In this document: positions 10,482 through 20,306 of the stretch, one piece after another
Position numbering within the stretch: position 1 is the stretch's first letter
Layout of the letters: each line of letters opens with the position of its first letter
Origin: a bacterium
GTDB lineage: Bacteria; UBA8248
Direction: 5' to 3'
Length of the DNA stretch: 64,000 bases
Assembly: GCA_965200245.1 (NCBI GenBank)
Contig: CBDATS010000005.1
Location: 672,001-736,000 of the forward strand
The notes under the pieces: model-generated
Seen by the model: the letters and a program-made list of their open reading frames with translations, nothing else
Told to the model about the DNA's origin: nothing
Database searches by the model: none
Program-made: the position numbers and the translations under genes

Positions 10482-11465
10482 TTACATCGAAGCCCCGATT
10501 TCCTTGTAGAAGCGCTTGGCACCATCATGCAACGGCACGCCAATATTCATGCCCGCCTTCTTGGGATTCCACCTCTTGTAAATTTTATGGACGCCGCCCA
10601 GAAACTTCTGCTCGTCTTTCGCAATCTTGAGGATAGAGTAGACCACGTCGGCACTCATCTTGGTCGTGGTGAGCAGCACGCCCGAAAGTCCCATGGAGTC
10701 CTTGGGTTTGGGGTTGCCCTTGTAGATACCGCCGGGAATCTGGCATGGCGTGAAACCGTGGCCCGCCAGCATTTTCTTCACGTCGTCCGCCATATCCAGG
10801 AACACGAGATTGCGGCCCAAGGCCGCCTGGATGCCTGCGCCGTTGGGGTCGCCCGAATTGTGAAAATAGAAATCGATCTGGCGCGCCCTGATCGCGCGTG
10901 ACATGCCGCCAGCACCCGGGAAAGTGAGTTTGTAACCTCGCTTGGTGAGTTCCTTGTAACTCGTCCCGTAGTGCTTGACGATCAGACTCGCTACGTACTC
11001 CGTGCTGGTTCCTTTTTTGGCAGGGGCCAGCTTGTGGGGCTTTTTCGACTTGATGATGTCGCCCCAGGTCTTGACACCCCCATCATAGAGTTCCTTGGCA
11101 GCGTACTGGTGGTAGCACGAAGCCCAGAAGGTGGCGATGCCCCGGAGGTTCTTGAAGGACTTCTTGAAAGGAGTCTTGCCTGCCATGGCAGCGGCGGCGA
11201 AGTTCGAGAAGGTATAACCGAAGTCTGCACCTCCCCCTCCCACACGGGCCGGGTTCGCGCGCCCGCCACCGGGCACCACGCTGAGGATGATCTTTTTCTG
11301 TTTTCTGTTGACGATTTCGCTAAGGCCTGCACCCAGTCGGCCCATCGTGCCACCGAGGCTGCCAACCGCGAGGTCGTACTTCGCAGGCGCGGCGTAGACA
11401 TCCCCCACCGTCAGGAACGGCAGGGTCAGCGCCAGAATTCCGAACATCATGACGATTCTCTTCAT
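10482..11465 (-). CDS. TAXI-family TRAP solute receptor
   Basis: Signal peptide from ATG 11465 after GGAG; GSLGGT, IPGGIYKG, VPLHDGAKRFYKE. Confidence 0.85.
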   Translation of the reverse strand: MKRIVMMFGILALTLPFLTVGDVYAAPAKYDLAVGSLGGTMGRLGAGLSEIVNRKQKKIILSVVPGGGRANPARVGGGGADFGYTFSNFAAAAMAGKTPFKKSFKNLRGIATFWASCYHQYAAKELYDGGVKTWGDIIKSKKPHKLAPAKKGTSTEYVASLIVKHYGTSYKELTKRGYKLTFPGAGGMSRAIRARQIDFYFHNSGDPNGAGIQAALGRNLVFLDMADDVKKMLAGHGFTPCQIPGGIYKGNPKPKDSMGLSGVLLTTTKMSADVVYSILKIAKDEQKFLGGVHKIYKRWNPKKAGMNIGVPLHDGAKRFYKEIGASM

Positions 11466-11719
11466 TTTTACTCTCCTTGATGAGGTGACATAAAACTTCG
11501 GCAACACAAATCGAACAATCACCGCTCGTCGAGACGCATTCCACTGAGAACGAATCGCTTCCCCGCATTCTCAACAAGCGTTCTCTTCTGTATGCTTGGG
11601 CCTGAATCTTACAGACGTGAGCGTTTCACTGTCAATGAATCCCGGGCGTCGAGCGAGCGTTTGGGTATCGAATTGTGGAACGATCTGAAAAACCGTTTTT
11701 TTCGATAAGGAGCCGCAAC

Positions 11720-12070
11720 ATGCCGTTTTACCGTTGGAACGAGATGAAGCGAAAAAACCTGGCGAGACCGTCCGATTCAGAAGGCAGCATCATTATCGGC
11801 GAGCACGTTACCCTCAACCGCTCGGTGAGTCAGCCGGGCAAGCTGGCCCGCCCGCACACGCACGACTGCGAACAACTCATAAACGTCGTCGAGGGAAAAG
11901 CCTGGTTTCGCGTGGGCGATGAGGAAAAAACCGTCATCGCCGGGGACATCATCCACATCCCCGAGGGAACCGAGCACGAGTTCAAGAACAACGGCGATTC
12001 CGAATTCATTTACCTATCGTTCAAGAACAAATCGGAGGGCTGGCCGCCTCCAACGGCGACGATGGACTAG
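11720..12070 (+). CDS. Cupin_2 domain protein
   Basis: AGGAG SD before ATG 11720; PHTHDCEQ and GDIIHIPEGTEH cupin motifs. Confidence 0.85.
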   Translation: MPFYRWNEMKRKNLARPSDSEGSIIIGEHVTLNRSVSQPGKLARPHTHDCEQLINVVEGKAWFRVGDEEKTVIAGDIIHIPEGTEHEFKNNGDSEFIYLSFKNKSEGWPPPTATMD

Positions 12071-13221
12071 TCTCTCGCCTTGAGGCCCGCTTCGAGCTCT
12101 TCGGCGTCGATGGGGAGCTTTACGGTCTGCTTTCGTTTAGCGGACAAGTCGCACGCCATGCAGAGCATGAGGTTTCGGTGTCCCTCGACTCCCGTGGCGT
12201 GGGGCATATCGACGCCCGTGTAGAGATGCGAGAGCCAAGCGATGGACTCATCGCGCATCGGACCCCAGAACTGGCCTTTCGACATGTCTCCCGCCGGGTA
12301 ACTTTCGAGCAGATGCACGTGGCGTTCCTCCCCCCGGTGGGAGGCCAGCGGGTTTTCGGAGGCCATGATGAAATCGGCATGGGTGTCGTCGATGGTGAGC
12401 GCACCTTCCGTACCCACCACGCTAATGGTGACGCCGTAGGTCGAGGCGGGCCAGATGGTAGGCATTCCCCAATTGCACTCCATACTCCAGATGGTTCCAT
12501 CATCGAAGGTGAAGATACTGAAGGTGGCGTCCTGCGTACCGACGCCCGTCATCACCCGCGACATGGAGCGCGAGACAACCTCGACGGGTTGTTTCTTTGG
12601 TCCCATTACGAACAGCATGACGTCCAGCGCATGGGTGCCGGATATCACCATGGGCGTTAACGTGGAGCGATCTTCATTCTTCGACAATCTCGTAATGCCG
12701 ACCTGGCGGTTCAGCAACGCACGCGTCGTGGCAGAGGTGACCTCGCCCAACACTCCCGACTGCACGTGTTCGCGTGCCGTGAGCCAGCGCCTCCTGAAGC
12801 GCTGGGTGTAGCCCACCAGAAGCTCAACGCCTGCAGTTTCGGCGGCTTCTACGATTTTCGCCGACTCCGTGACGCTCGTGGCGAGTGGTTTTTCCACGAG
12901 AATCCTGTGTCCCTGTTCAACCGCTTCCCAGAGCGGTTTTGCGTGCCACTCCTCGTCCGTGGCGATGATGACGGCGTTGACCTCGGGCCGCTGGATAAGT
13001 TCAGCGAAATCCGTCGTGAAAAAATCGGCCCCGAACTCTTCGGCCATCGCCCTGCCCTTTTTCTCATCGAGGTCACAACAACCCAGCCAGTCCGTGCCCG
13101 GGTATTCCCTGGCGCAGCGCGCGCGAATGCGCCCCACACGCCCGCAGCCAACTACGGCCAAGCCAATCGGGTTCCTCTCTCCTCCTGAAACCGTCATCAT
13201 CTTCTCCCGTGAAACAGTCAA
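12067..13221 (-). CDS. Gfo/Idh/MocA family oxidoreductase
   Basis: VVGCGRVG, LVEKPLA, VGYTQRFR. Confidence 0.9.
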   Translation of the reverse strand: MTVSREKMMTVSGGERNPIGLAVVGCGRVGRIRARCAREYPGTDWLGCCDLDEKKGRAMAEEFGADFFTTDFAELIQRPEVNAVIIATDEEWHAKPLWEAVEQGHRILVEKPLATSVTESAKIVEAAETAGVELLVGYTQRFRRRWLTAREHVQSGVLGEVTSATTRALLNRQVGITRLSKNEDRSTLTPMVISGTHALDVMLFVMGPKKQPVEVVSRSMSRVMTGVGTQDATFSIFTFDDGTIWSMECNWGMPTIWPASTYGVTISVVGTEGALTIDDTHADFIMASENPLASHRGEERHVHLLESYPAGDMSKGQFWGPMRDESIAWLSHLYTGVDMPHATGVEGHRNLMLCMACDLSAKRKQTVKLPIDAEELEAGLKARD

Positions 13222-13336
13222 GACGTAAAAAAGGCCGCCTCACCCTCGCGCTTCTATGCCAGATAAGCGTCGGGGATCTCTGCCACCGCCTGAATCGCCG
13301 TTTTGACCAGAAAATCCTTAAAGAGCGAAGAGCCGC

Positions 13337-14452
13337 TTAACCCAAATCCCCCGGCGAGACAGGGAGCCTTACCGCTTGTCCGGTTTTCGCCGAATGGTCC
13401 ATCGCCAAGCATAGCATCAGGTTCTCGTGTGCTTCGCGCGCGGTGGTGTGCGGTGTGGGGACGCCCAGATATATCCTGTCGAACCACGAACGCGTTTCCT
13501 CGCGCATGGGGCCCCAAAGCTGTTTGAACACAATATCCCCCGGCGGGTAACTAGTGAGAAAACTGACATTTCGCTTTTCTTTCAAGCGCGCGGATTCATG
13601 TGGTTCCGCGGTAGCAAAGACGACATCCCGATGCGTGTCATCTATTGTGAGCACGCCCCCTGTGCCCACAACCCCCAGTTCGAGTGAATAGACTTCCGCC
13701 GGCCAGACGCTCGGCAACGCCCAGCTCACGTTCATACTCCAAATCGTTCCGTCCTCGTAGGTGACGATAGCGAAGGTGGAATCTTTCGTGAGATAGGGAG
13801 CCATCGCCTTGTCCACCGAGCGTGCGTATACCTCGACAGGCCTGCGTCCCTCCAGAAACCAGGAGCACAGATCCACACTATGGGTGCCGGAAATGACCAT
13901 GGGGGTGAATTTGGTCGGAAATTCCGTCTTGGTGGAGTTCGCCACCGGATTCATGCGGTTCAGGAAGGCGCGACCCGTTACAGAAGAGACCTCGCCTAAC
14001 TCACCCGAGCAAATCTTCTCCTTCGCCAACAGAAAACGGCGGCGGAAGCGCTGCGTATAGCCCAAGACGGAGTCTATACCCGCCTCTTCAATGGTGTCGG
14101 CCAACTTCTGGGAAACATCGGCATCTATCGCCAGGGGTTTTTCGACCAGCATCCGGTGGCCCCGCTCCACGCCGATCAGGATGGGATCGAGCCGTTCGTT
14201 TGCATAGGTGGCCAGAACAGTGGCGTTCACCTCATCGCGCTTCAGGAGTTCACGGTAGTCAGTCGTAAAAAAATCAGCCTGAACGTCTTCGGCGAGTTTC
14301 CGACCTACCTTCTCGTCGATGTCGCACAGGCCGATCCATTCGACAGCCGCGTTCTGGCGCGCGAACTCGGCGCGGATACGCCCGATCTTCCCGCACCCGA
14401 CCACCGCGAGTCCAATTGGTCTTCTCGTCTCGCTTGATGTGCTCACGAACAT
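13337..14452 (-). CDS. Gfo/Idh/MocA family oxidoreductase (paralog of adjacent gene)
   Basis: VVGCGKIG, LVEKPLA, GYTQRFRRR; TPMVISGTH and WGPMR shared with 12067-13221. Confidence 0.9.
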   Translation of the reverse strand: MFVSTSSETRRPIGLAVVGCGKIGRIRAEFARQNAAVEWIGLCDIDEKVGRKLAEDVQADFFTTDYRELLKRDEVNATVLATYANERLDPILIGVERGHRMLVEKPLAIDADVSQKLADTIEEAGIDSVLGYTQRFRRRFLLAKEKICSGELGEVSSVTGRAFLNRMNPVANSTKTEFPTKFTPMVISGTHSVDLCSWFLEGRRPVEVYARSVDKAMAPYLTKDSTFAIVTYEDGTIWSMNVSWALPSVWPAEVYSLELGVVGTGGVLTIDDTHRDVVFATAEPHESARLKEKRNVSFLTSYPPGDIVFKQLWGPMREETRSWFDRIYLGVPTPHTTAREAHENLMLCLAMDHSAKTGQAVRLPVSPGDLG

Positions 14453-14614
14453 TCCTTCGATCCAAGAACTCCGCTATTCGATCGGGCGCATCTTCCCATC
14501 CGGGTCCGTTCAAGCGCAAGCAGAGACACCATAGACCCTGTGGTTCCAAAAATTCACGTTTTATCGGAGAATAAACCATTCTCCCGAAACCCAGAACCCG
14601 AAAGGAGTTAAGCC

Positions 14615-15259
14615 GTGTCCCGCGTACCCATGCTCGAATCAGGCGCCGACGACCCGGTCGTGAACCACCTCTTCGACCACGCGAGCGTCTTGCTCAACCG
14701 AATCCCCAACGCTTGGCGTGTGATGGCGAACCAACCCTATATCACGAAGTTCATGCTGCCGCTCACTTCCTCACTCCTGCGCCAGGGGCTGGGTTCGACA
14801 CTGGGCACAAAGACGAAAGAACTCGCCATCATCAACACCAGCCGACTCAACAACTGCGCCTACTGACTGGCGCACAACACGCCGGTTGGTCAATCAGCGG
14901 GCATCACGGAGGCTGAGATAGCTGCCATCGGCGAGGGGGATTACGGCCCCTTCACCGAGCAAGAGCGCGCCGTCCTGCTATGGGCGGAGCATGTCACTTT
15001 GAGTACGGCAAGGGAAAGAGACGACGTATTCCGAGAGGTGAAAAAACACTTCAACGACTCTCAGATCGTCGAACTCACCATGGTCATCACCTATTTCAAC
15101 ATGAGAAACAAGTTCAACGACGCGTTGGGAATTCCCATCGAGACACAAGAAGAAATCGACAAGAACAAGATCCGCCGCAAGAACCCTGACGATCTCAAGG
15201 CCTATCTCGAAGCCTTGCTTGCCGACTGGCCGGATGAATTCCCCGAGGCGGGAAGCTGA
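14615..15259 (+). CDS. AhpD/carboxymuconolactone-decarboxylase family putative selenoprotein (CxxU), 214 aa
   Basis: AAAGGAG SD + GTG; KELAIINTSRLNNC-A-Y-TGA-LAH continues in frame through FTEQERAVLLWAE and FNDSQIVELT..NKFNDAL to TGA 15257-15259; TGA sits at the second Cys of the AhpD CxxCxxH motif. Confidence 0.82.
14867..14902 (+). promoter_or_regulatory. Putative bacterial SECIS element
   Basis: GCC-GGTT-[GGTC]-AATC-AGC-GGGC hairpin; G-led apical loop begins 21 nt after the in-frame TGA. Confidence 0.6.
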
Positions 15260-15260
15260 G

Positions 15261-16607
15261 ATGGAGAAAACACTCATCCGTAACGCTGACGTCCTCTCGA
15301 TGGACTCTGACGTCGGGGAGATAGAACACGGCGATATCTTGATCGAGGGCGGGCTGATATCCGCGGTGGGCGAGAACCTCGCCGTTCCGGACGCGGAAAC
15401 AATCGACGCGACGGGTATGATCCTCCTGCCGGGCTTCATCAACGCTCATATGCACACTTGGCAGACTGCGCTTCGAGGCATGGGCGGCGACTGGGGCGGG
15501 CGCAGTTATTTCGAAATCGCACATGAAACCCTGGCCCCGCGCTATCGGCCTGAGGATGTTTATATCGCGACGCTGGTGGGCGCATGGGCGCAGATGGACT
15601 CAGGGACGACGACACTCTTTGACTGGTGCCACAACAATTCCACGCCCGAACACACCGACGCAGGAATCGACGCCCTGGAAGAATCCGGTATCCGCGCACT
15701 CTTCGGGCATGGAACGCCAAAGCCGAAAACCAAGGCGGGCGAGTCGCACTATTCGCAAATTCCCCATCCTGCGAGCGAAATCAAGCGACTGCGGACGGGG
15801 CGCCTATCCGATGACATGGCCCGCGTTACCCTAGCGATGGCGATTCTGGGTGCTGACTACTCCCCCCTTGAGGTCGTGCTCCACGATATGCGCCTGGCGC
15901 GCGAATACGGGCTGTTGTCGAGCGCGCACATCTGGGGCGACGCGGGCAGGAAGGTAAAGGGAGGCTACCTTACACTGGCCCGGGAGGGCGTTCTCGGCCC
16001 CGACCACAACCTCGTGCACTGCAATTACGTGGACGATGAGGAACTCAAGATCATCATAGACTCAGGGGCTTCCATCACGGCGACGCCATCGGCCGAGATG
16101 AAGACGAATCGAGGCGAGGCCGTCTGCGGGCGTGTGAGCGCACTGGGAGGCAGACCGTCTCTCGGCGTGGACCTTGAGACCTATGTGAGCGGGAACATGC
16201 TCCACGCCACGCGCCACGCTCTGCAAGCACAGCGTATATTTGACAACCGCCGTCTGGATGAGAACACCTACCGTGCCCCCGCCCTATCCTTTTCGGCGCG
16301 CGACGTGCTGGCGTGGGCCACCATCAACAACGCGCAAGCGTTGGGGATGGCCGAGAGAATCGGTTCCATCACACCCGGCAAGCAGGCCGATATCGTCCTC
16401 ATCCGTAAAGACGATCTCAATACGATGCCCGCAGGAGACGCCGCCCGTGCCGTCGTCTTCTATGCCGAGCGCTCGAACGTCGATACCGTATTCATCGCGG
16501 GCAAGAAAGTGAAGACGGGCGGAAAACTGCTGATCGATTCGGACGAAATTGCCCGGGCCAGAGAGCGGCTCGCAGAATCTTTACAGTGGATTACGGCAGG
16601 GCATTGA
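15261..16607 (+). CDS. Amidohydrolase superfamily (MTA/SAH deaminase, Atz/Trz-like)
   Basis: PGFINAHMHTWQ, HCNY, SLGVD, GSITPGKQADIV; ATG 1 nt after upstream stop. Confidence 0.9.
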   Translation: MEKTLIRNADVLSMDSDVGEIEHGDILIEGGLISAVGENLAVPDAETIDATGMILLPGFINAHMHTWQTALRGMGGDWGGRSYFEIAHETLAPRYRPEDVYIATLVGAWAQMDSGTTTLFDWCHNNSTPEHTDAGIDALEESGIRALFGHGTPKPKTKAGESHYSQIPHPASEIKRLRTGRLSDDMARVTLAMAILGADYSPLEVVLHDMRLAREYGLLSSAHIWGDAGRKVKGGYLTLAREGVLGPDHNLVHCNYVDDEELKIIIDSGASITATPSAEMKTNRGEAVCGRVSALGGRPSLGVDLETYVSGNMLHATRHALQAQRIFDNRRLDENTYRAPALSFSARDVLAWATINNAQALGMAERIGSITPGKQADIVLIRKDDLNTMPAGDAARAVVFYAERSNVDTVFIAGKKVKTGGKLLIDSDEIARARERLAESLQWITAGH

Positions 16608-16893
16608 AGCGAGGAGGTAAGCACTTACCCTTACTTAACGCCGCTCGCTTGAACTTCCAGCGGATGGTGGGCGCGTCACCCACAGACTTCGCCGCCTGGT
16701 CAAAGTCCTCGCTTTCCATCAGAGAACCACGCATGGCCCCCACCTTGACTTCGCTTTCCTCAAGCAGCCGAAGACGGGTACGCACCACGTGGCTCGCCGA
16801 ATTGCAGCGACCAGGGTTAATCCGCTCGTTTATGAAAATCGTGAGGCGATCCACGAACGAAACCGACGTATCACGTAGCAGGAATTTCGACAT
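16591..16893 (-). pseudogene. Decayed ParD-like (RHH, CC2985-type) antitoxin
   Basis: DTSVSF..FINERINPGRCNSASHVVRTRLRLLEESE resembles NTSISL..FI..QV.SGRY.SASEVVR.GLRLLEE; no toxin gene follows. Confidence 0.55.
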
Positions 16894-16976
16894 GGCATGA
16901 AGCCAGACAGGAACGGGCGAACAGGGCTATAGATGACGAGAGGTTACACAGAGAGCGATCTCTGCAATTCCCTGCA

Positions 16977-18440
16977 TCAATATCCATCATCCCCGTAATT
17001 TCCTGGCGTGGGCGTTGCGCCAATACCGGCGGTTTCGATAACGTGGGCGCGACCACCGAGGCGCTCGATGAGTGCTGCTTGATCACGCTTGGCGCGCGCA
17101 TCCACCTCTTCCGGGTCAAGAATGGCGCGCAGGACGCCTTCAAACTCGGCGATAATCTCCACACTTTCGGGCTTTCCGGCGAGGTCGTCCTGCTCTTCGG
17201 GGTCGGCGGCGAGATCGTAGAGCTCCGGGGGATAATCCACATAGTGGATGTATTTCTTCTCTCCCCTGCGTATGAGGTAAGCTGCCGTCTCGGCGCCCGA
17301 GGCGTGGTATTCGCTGAAAACGACCCGTTCTGGGTCGTAAGATGCACGCGTGATTTCGTACAGCGATCGGCCCTTGCGGGCCTCATCTTCCTCGTTCAGC
17401 GCAACACCGACAGATTCAAGAATCGTGGGGTAAAAATCGAGAAGCGAAACGGGCGTCTCCACCACCACACCTGCTTCCAGATCCGACCCGGCCATGATGA
17501 GCGGCACGGCGGCCGATTCCTGGTACATCGTGCCCTTACCCCAGGTTCCCCGCGCGCCGAGGTTCTCCCCATGATCGCTCGTGAAGATGACGCGGGTGGA
17601 ACCTGCGAGACCCGCCTTCTCAAGACTTTCCAGCACGCGGCCCACCAGATCGTCCAAAAACGTGCAAAGTCCGAAATATGAGGCGATGGCGACGCGCCTT
17701 CGCTCGTCGTCGAAAAAGCTGTCCGAAGGCACGTATTTTCGAAACGCCTCTATCCAGGGATGCCGGGGACGGCCGTCGAGCGCGTGGGCCTTCGGCATAG
17801 GCACAGCGTCAGTCGGATACATATCAAAATACTTCTTCGGCGCCATCAGTGGAAAATGGGGAGACACGAAGGAGACGAAAGTCATCCAGGGTTTGCGAGC
17901 GTCGCTATATGTTCCTGCCTCTTTCTCGAGCCAGGAGAAGGCATTTTCGGTGATGTCCAAATCGTAGTTCGTGTAGCTCGTTTCGCCCGGGCCGATTTCG
18001 AGCGCAAGCTTGTCCGCTTTCTGGACGATCAACTCATCACGAATCGATCCGAGCAAGCTGCCTACGCCCCCGTCGCGCGCGTGCATGGGCACGATTTGCT
18101 CATCAAAGCCGGTGGGATCCGTGGCGTTCCTGTAATGAAGCTTGCCGATAGAGGTGACGCGGTGTCCCTTATTCTGCAAGCGATGGCCCCAGCCGGTGGG
18201 CTCGCCCGTGTATGGGCTGGCGTTGTCCCAATAGCCAATCTCGTGCACGTAGCGGCCAGTGGCGAAGCTCGCCCGCGCGGCCGTGCAAATCGGAGAATTT
18301 GTATAGGCGCTCGTAAAACGGATACCCGAAGCCGCGAGGCGATCGATGTTCGGGGTCTTCACCACCTCGTGTCCATAGCAGCCGAGCGTTTTGACGCTCA
18401 GTTCATCCGCCATGATGACGAGCAGATTCATCGGCTCCAT
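16977..18440 (-). CDS. Formylglycine-dependent sulfatase (choline-sulfatase-like)
   Basis: IMADE, CTAAR (CxxxR) ASFATGR, GKLH, PHFP, TSDHG, ELYDLAADPEE. Confidence 0.9.
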   Translation of the reverse strand: MEPMNLLVIMADELSVKTLGCYGHEVVKTPNIDRLAASGIRFTSAYTNSPICTAARASFATGRYVHEIGYWDNASPYTGEPTGWGHRLQNKGHRVTSIGKLHYRNATDPTGFDEQIVPMHARDGGVGSLLGSIRDELIVQKADKLALEIGPGETSYTNYDLDITENAFSWLEKEAGTYSDARKPWMTFVSFVSPHFPLMAPKKYFDMYPTDAVPMPKAHALDGRPRHPWIEAFRKYVPSDSFFDDERRRVAIASYFGLCTFLDDLVGRVLESLEKAGLAGSTRVIFTSDHGENLGARGTWGKGTMYQESAAVPLIMAGSDLEAGVVVETPVSLLDFYPTILESVGVALNEEDEARKGRSLYEITRASYDPERVVFSEYHASGAETAAYLIRRGEKKYIHYVDYPPELYDLAADPEEQDDLAGKPESVEIIAEFEGVLRAILDPEEVDARAKRDQAALIERLGGRAHVIETAGIGATPTPGNYGDDGY

Positions 18441-18492
18441 CGCAAAGTCTCTTTATTGTCCATGGAATACGATAAGTGTCGTGTCGCCCGCC

Positions 18493-19398
18493 TCAGATGT
18501 TCGGCCATACCGGATCCGTCCGGTTGCCGAGCGGACCCGAGGGGTGTTCGTCCAGATAATCATAGATGTTGCCGAGGCCACCCCTTCGCAGCATGGTGAG
18601 GCGCTCACCCAAGTGATCCATGCTGTTCAAGCTGGATTCATAGACCTCGAACACTTTGTCCTGCACCTCCCCTCGGGTGAGGCCGCCATTCTTGAGCACC
18701 CGTACCTTCTCGATCAACTCATGGAGTTTCTCGCGCTGACGGGGAATTTCGTCTTTCCGGCAGGGTTTGCCGTGACCGGGTATAAACCAATCCACGTCGA
18801 GGGCTTCGAGCACTCCAAGGGACTGGAACCAGCCCCACACATCAGCGGAGTGACACGCCACGTTGAAGGCGGGCGTCAGGTTGTCCGCCGTGAACGCCAC
18901 GCGATCTTCCACTGCGTGCACGACCGTCTGGCCTCGCGTGTGGCCGGGGGCTTCGATGTGGATGAACTTCTTGCCGCCCAGGCGAATCGTCATCCTCCCC
19001 TTGTAGGTGATGTCGGGGGCCCTGAGTTCGAAGCCCTCAAGAAGCGCTTCGCTCTCGGGTTCGTACTTGAGCATGCGTTCCTTGCCCTCTTCCGGCGTGG
19101 CGATAGAGGTGTAGAAATCCGCATAGGTAATCTCACTCGATATGATCCGCTCGGGCTCCAGGAACCAGTTCGCCGCAATGTGATCCTGATGGTGCTCGGT
19201 ATTGACAAGGTAGCGAAGCGGGCCCTTTTCACGGATGAAATCACGCCAGGCGATGGCTTCCGAAGGCCGCATGGGACCGTCGATGGCGATGACGCCGTCA
19301 TCTGTAACCACCATGCCCACGGTGGGATAGCAGTCATAAAAAAAGACGTTTTCGGTCAACTGCTCCAATAGATCATCCTCCTGATCAGCGTCCGGCAA
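18493..19398 (-). CDS. MBL-fold metallo-hydrolase (cyclase-like)
   Basis: NTEHHQDH, PGHTRG, FTAD, IPGHG. Confidence 0.85.
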   Translation of the reverse strand: MPDADQEDDLLEQLTENVFFYDCYPTVGMVVTDDGVIAIDGPMRPSEAIAWRDFIREKGPLRYLVNTEHHQDHIAANWFLEPERIISSEITYADFYTSIATPEEGKERMLKYEPESEALLEGFELRAPDITYKGRMTIRLGGKKFIHIEAPGHTRGQTVVHAVEDRVAFTADNLTPAFNVACHSADVWGWFQSLGVLEALDVDWFIPGHGKPCRKDEIPRQREKLHELIEKVRVLKNGGLTRGEVQDKVFEVYESSLNSMDHLGERLTMLRRGGLGNIYDYLDEHPSGPLGNRTDPVWPNI

Positions 19399-19409
19399 GA
19401 CGGCCCCGT

Positions 19410-20294
19410 CTAGTCACTCAAACCCGCCTCGCGCTCGAACCATTCACGAATAACGCCCTGGTCGAGATCACCGAGGCCTAAATCCATCGCTCCCTGATAG
19501 GCTTTCTGCACCGCGTCGAGCACCGGGGCGGGTGCACCGTTCGAGCGGGCAAACTCCTGAATGAGGCCCAGATCCTTGTGCATGAGAGAGAGCGCAAACT
19601 TCACAGGTTCATATTCTTTTCTTCCAAGCCCCCAGCCGCGCGTGTTCATTACACGAAATACGGTGCTCGAATAGAGATATTCCATCATCTGCTCGGGGTC
19701 TAGGCCTGACTTCACACCCAGAGTGAAGCCCTCCGCCAAAGAGCACAGTTGGGATGAGACAAGATGGTTCGTGATGAGCTTCATCCGGAGCCCCGAACCG
19801 TTGGGTCCGAAGTAATCGAGCAATTCGCACGCGCAATCGAGCACCGCGCAGTGCTTGTCGAGGATTTCCTTGTCCCCTCCCACCATAAATCCGATTTTCG
19901 CATCACGCGCGATGGTGGCGTTGCCGCTGATGGGGGCGTCCAGAAAATGAAAGCCGCGGCTTGCTGCTTCTTCAGCGACCGCAATGCTCTCTTCGGGCAG
20001 GATAGTGGAGAAGTCGAAACAAACGGCGCCTTCTTTTGCGGTGAGCAACGCGCCTTTCTCGCCCAAGTAGGCGTCGTGCACGTGTTCCCCCCTGGGGACG
20101 GAACTGCACACGTAGTTCGCTCCACGGGCCGCCTCGGCGGGAGAATCGAAAACGTCTATTCCCGCCTCACGTGCGGCTTCCTGCGCCACGGGATTCGGAT
20201 CGTAGCCCACGACATCGAAGCCCGCCTTGCGGATATTGGCGGCAACGGCTCCTCCCATGTTGCCGAGTCCCAAAAATGCGATTCTCTCCACCAA
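19410..20294 (-). CDS. Beta-hydroxyacid dehydrogenase (3-hydroxyisobutyrate/tartronate semialdehyde reductase family)
   Basis: FLGLGNMG, FLDAPISG, GSGLRMKLITN, LMHKDL. Confidence 0.9.
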   Translation of the reverse strand: MVERIAFLGLGNMGGAVAANIRKAGFDVVGYDPNPVAQEAAREAGIDVFDSPAEAARGANYVCSSVPRGEHVHDAYLGEKGALLTAKEGAVCFDFSTILPEESIAVAEEAASRGFHFLDAPISGNATIARDAKIGFMVGGDKEILDKHCAVLDCACELLDYFGPNGSGLRMKLITNHLVSSQLCSLAEGFTLGVKSGLDPEQMMEYLYSSTVFRVMNTRGWGLGRKEYEPVKFALSLMHKDLGLIQEFARSNGAPAPVLDAVQKAYQGAMDLGLGDLDQGVIREWFEREAGLSD

Positions 20295-20306
20295 ATCCCC
20301 TCCTCC

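Noticed and set aside
14615-14866. 83-aa ORF plus separate 86-aa ORF (14999-15259) as two genes
   Set aside because: Same frame, continuous AhpD-like sequence, and the TGA falls at the redox Cys position; treated as one recoded gene
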